64,000 nucleotides of DNA from Phycisphaerales bacterium (lineage in GTDB: Bacteria > Planctomycetota > Phycisphaerae > WQYP01): positions 15,866 to 79,865 of the forward strand of contig DAIDJN010000042.1 of the NCBI GenBank assembly GCA_027451365.1. The letters are read 5' to 3'. Each line of letters starts with the position of its first letter. The first letter of the stretch is position 1. The notes beneath the pieces are model-generated. The model made no database searches, had not been told where the DNA came from, and was given only the letters and a program-made list of their open reading frames with translations. This document shows, in pieces, positions 61,381 to 64,000 of this stretch. The translations under genes and the position numbers were made by a program.

Positions 61381-62517
61381 ATGGCTACGGTAGAGCTTGA
61401 AAATGTATCCAAAGTCTATCCAGATGGCGTACAGGCTGTGCGCAGCATTTCCCTGTCCATTCAGGACCGTGAATTTATTGTGCTTGTGGGGCCGTCGGGT
61501 TGTGGAAAAACCACCACCTTGCGCATGGTCGCCGGACTTGAGGAAATTTCCGGTGGTACATTATCCATTGATGGGCGGGTGGTCAATTCGGTTGCTCCCA
61601 AAGACCGGGACATCGCCATGGTTTTTCAAAATTACGCTCTTTACCCGCACATGAGCGTTTATAAAAACATGGCGTTTTCACTGCATATGCGCCGGCGCGA
61701 ACTCAAACTTACCAAACAGCAGATCGACCAGCGCGTCCGAGAGGCGGCCGCCATTCTGGGCCTGACCGACTATCTGGATCGTCGGCCCAAAGCCCTTTCC
61801 GGCGGCCAGCGCCAGCGCGTGGCGGTGGGGCGGGCAATTGTCCGCAATCCCAAGGCGTTCCTTTTTGATGAGCCATTGTCCAATCTGGATGCCAAGCTGC
61901 GGGTGGAAACCCGCGCGGAAATTAAACGATTGCATTTGCGACTGAATACCACCACGATTTATGTCACCCACGATCAGGAAGAAGCCATGACTTTGGGCGA
62001 CCGGATTGTGGTCATGAAAGATGGCCTCATTCAGCAATGTGCGCCGCCCCTGGAGGTTTATGACAGGCCGCTGAATATGTTTGTCGCCGGTTTCGTCGGC
62101 ACTCCGCCGATGAATTTCTTTTGTGGCCACGTCGATGCCTATGGAGATTTTGTCATTCAACAGGCCGATGGCCAGCCGCAGCGACTTCGACTGCCACCAC
62201 GTCTGGCCGCCGTGGCCGGTGCCCATGCCGGGCAGGACCTGGTTCTGGGCGCGCGGCCGGAAGCTCTTTCGCCGGACTGCGCCGGTCGTTTTGCAGGCGG
62301 GCAGAATAAGCTTGAGGCCCGCACCGGCGTTATTGAGCCGCTGGGCGACAAGGTGGATATCCACTTTTCCGTGGGCGGTCAGGATCGATTTGTTTGCCGA
62401 ACAGATTCTACGCATGCCGAGCTTATTCGTCCGCAGGAGGCCATCACCTTGTATCTGGCAACAGACCGTTGCCATCTGTTTTTACCCAGCAAGGGCGGGC
62501 GGAATATTTCACTTTAA
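61381..62517 (+). CDS. Sugar ABC transporter ATP-binding protein (MalK/MsmX/UgpC family), stand-alone
   Basis: GPSGCGKTT, VFQNYALYPHM, LSGGQRQR, DEPLSNLDAKLR, YVTHDQEEA, C-terminal OB/TOBE region. Confidence 0.95.
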   Translation: MATVELENVSKVYPDGVQAVRSISLSIQDREFIVLVGPSGCGKTTTLRMVAGLEEISGGTLSIDGRVVNSVAPKDRDIAMVFQNYALYPHMSVYKNMAFSLHMRRRELKLTKQQIDQRVREAAAILGLTDYLDRRPKALSGGQRQRVAVGRAIVRNPKAFLFDEPLSNLDAKLRVETRAEIKRLHLRLNTTTIYVTHDQEEAMTLGDRIVVMKDGLIQQCAPPLEVYDRPLNMFVAGFVGTPPMNFFCGHVDAYGDFVIQQADGQPQRLRLPPRLAAVAGAHAGQDLVLGARPEALSPDCAGRFAGGQNKLEARTGVIEPLGDKVDIHFSVGGQDRFVCRTDSTHAELIRPQEAITLYLATDRCHLFLPSKGGRNISL

Positions 62518-62520
62518 CCC

Positions 62521-63066
62521 CCGCGGATGACCCGCCGCCTGGGGTGCAGGCGTCTCGCCCGCCATCGTTTCAAATCAAACCTCTCGCAAAGAGGCAAATG
62601 ATTCTCACCTTGTGGTGCAGGCGTCCCCGCCTGCCGGCGTTCCAACTCGGCCACGGCAAGAAATTGCGGATGACCCGCCGCCTGGGGTGCAGGCGTCCCC
62701 GCCTGCCGGCGTTCCAACTCGGCCACGGCAAAACTTTGGGGATGACCCGTCGCCTGGGGGGCGGGCGTCTCGCCCGCCGGTGTTTCAAATCAAACCATCT
62801 TGCAAAGAGGCAAATGATTCTCACCTTGTGGTGCAGGCGTCCCCGCCTGCCATCGTTTCAAATCAAACCATCTTGAAAAGAGGCGAATGATTCTCACCTT
62901 GTGGTGCAGGCGTCCCCGCCTGCCGGCGTTTCAACTCGGCCGCGGCAAGAAATTGCGGATGACCCGCCGCCTGGGGTGCGGGCGTCTCGCCCGCCATCGT
63001 TTCAAATCAAACCCTCTCGCAAAGAGGCAAATGATTCTCACCTTGTGGTGCAGGCGTCTCGCCCGC
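62521..63066. repeat. Mosaic tandem array, period 71-73 bp: 8 REP-like hairpins alternating with two kinds of CRISPR-repeat-like units (order A,B,B,A,A,B,A)
   Basis: Hairpin copies start at 62541, 62612, 62684, 62756, 62828, 62901, 62973, 63045; GTT(T/C)CAA units start at 62567, 62639, 62711, 62782, 62855, 62928, 62999. Confidence 0.9.
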
Positions 63067-63083
63067 CAAGTCCGTTGTCCCGT

Positions 63084-63979
63084 GCTTCAATGGGGCCGCA
63101 GCATTTCTGCTGCGGAAAGCGCGACAACGAGGTGGTGCTGCCATCCGGTTGCCGGCGCTTCAATGGGGCCGCAGCATTTCTGCTGCGGAAAGCTGTGGAC
63201 CGCAGAGGATGGCGTTCAGCTTTGGCGGCTTCAATGGGGCCGCAGCATTTCTGCTGCGGAAAGCCGGCCGAATCTTCTCCTTGTACCGTGCGTAAACGTA
63301 GCTTCAATGGGGCCGCAGCATTTCTGCTGCGGAAAGAATGGTGTTAAATCGCTTTTCATCATCTACAGCAGGCTTCAATGGGGCCGCAGCATTTCTGCTG
63401 CGGAAAGTCTTTACATTTTCAAAATGTGCCAGATATTATAATAGCTTCAATGGGGCCGCAGCATTTCTGCTGCGGAAAGACCAGTTCCTTGATATTCACC
63501 CGTTCCATCGACCAGCTTCAATGGGGCCGCAGCATTTCTGCTGCGGAAAGCATCCTGCGCCGCGAGCCATGGTGCCAGACTCCACGCTTCAATGGGGCCG
63601 CAGCATTTCTGCTGCGGAAAGAACACGTTGAGGTCGAAATTTTCCTGCATTTCGAGGCTTCAATGGGGCCGCAGCATTTCTGCTGCGGAAAGGCGGGCCT
63701 GTACAATGTGAACGTGGTAGGTACTACGCGCTTCAATGGGGCCGCAGCATTTCTGCTGCGGAAAGTGAAAACTCCTTAGGAAAATAGGGCCAAAATGCCC
63801 AGCTTCAATGGGGCCGCAGCATTTCTGCTGCGGAAAGAGTAGACGCCTGGGCCGGCAAAAATGCTCATTTGGCTTCAATGGGGCCGCAGCATTTCTGCTG
63901 CGGAAAGTTTAGGAGTGTTTACCATGACCGATCGTCAGATTGAGCTTCAATGGGGCCGCAGCATTTCTGCTGCGGAAAG
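63084..63979 (-). CRISPR. CRISPR array with 13 identical 36-nt repeats (+ strand GCTTCAATGGGGCCGCAGCATTTCTGCTGCGGAAAG) and 12 complete unique spacers of 34-37 nt; continues beyond the window; type I-G (I-U)-like repeat
   Basis: Repeats start at 63084, 63157, 63228, 63301, 63372, 63444, 63515, 63586, 63657, 63730, 63802, 63872, 63944; 8-bp stem CCGCAGCA/TGCTGCGG; reverse complement ends ATTGAAGC, so minus orientation is inferred. Confidence 0.97.
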
Positions 63980-64000
63980 TAAGCCAGAGTTGTGCCTCCG

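Noticed and set aside
62521..63066. Interpretation as a TIGR-type array or as simple trailer decay of the CRISPR array
   Set aside because: There are no short variable dual spacers, box C/D motifs or Nop-domain gene; the intervening segments are near-identical, unit A is unrelated to the array repeat beyond its end, and the terminal array repeat is intact.
62394..63878. Multiple ORFs with repeated peptides (LQWGRSISAAE, ASMGPQHFCCG, WCRRPRLP) across the repeat block and array
   Set aside because: They are translations of the DNA repeats in open frames, not genes.
1..64000. tRNA, rRNA, integrase, transposase or cas genes
   Set aside because: None was recognised by eye in the sequence or the ORF track.

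Overview
Window from a moderately GC-rich bacterium. The prepilin/H-X9-DG protein, PEP-CTERM protein, ECF sigma cluster and porin type suggest Planctomycetota, probably Phycisphaerae (inference). Most of it is housekeeping and metabolic DNA: adh, tpx, lpxD, hisC-hisB, a porin plus NarK-type transporter, L-arabinose-type catabolism (isomerase, araB, araD) with ackA, guaA, argC, tsf-pyrH-frr, yacG, rpoN, ispE, hldD, aguB-aguA, bioF, glgB, pgi, nth, glycosyltransferases, a cyclophilin, rpmA and a sugar ABC ATPase. The right end holds a CRISPR array of 13 identical 36-nt type I-G-like repeats. It runs off the window, and no cas genes are in view. Abutting its inferred trailer end (62521-63066) is the most unusual element: a ~72-bp-period mosaic array. 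In it, units resembling CRISPR repeats of two different families alternate with a near-constant REP-like hairpin that sits where a spacer would be. Other notable items are an internally deleted class D-like group II intron relic (~60820-61294), a candidate ~180-nt structured ncRNA with its own promoter and terminator (37459-37640), and a perfect sigma-54 site directly upstream of rpoN. All family calls come from motif recognition by eye; no searches were run. Several start codons were trimmed to the most plausible ATG.
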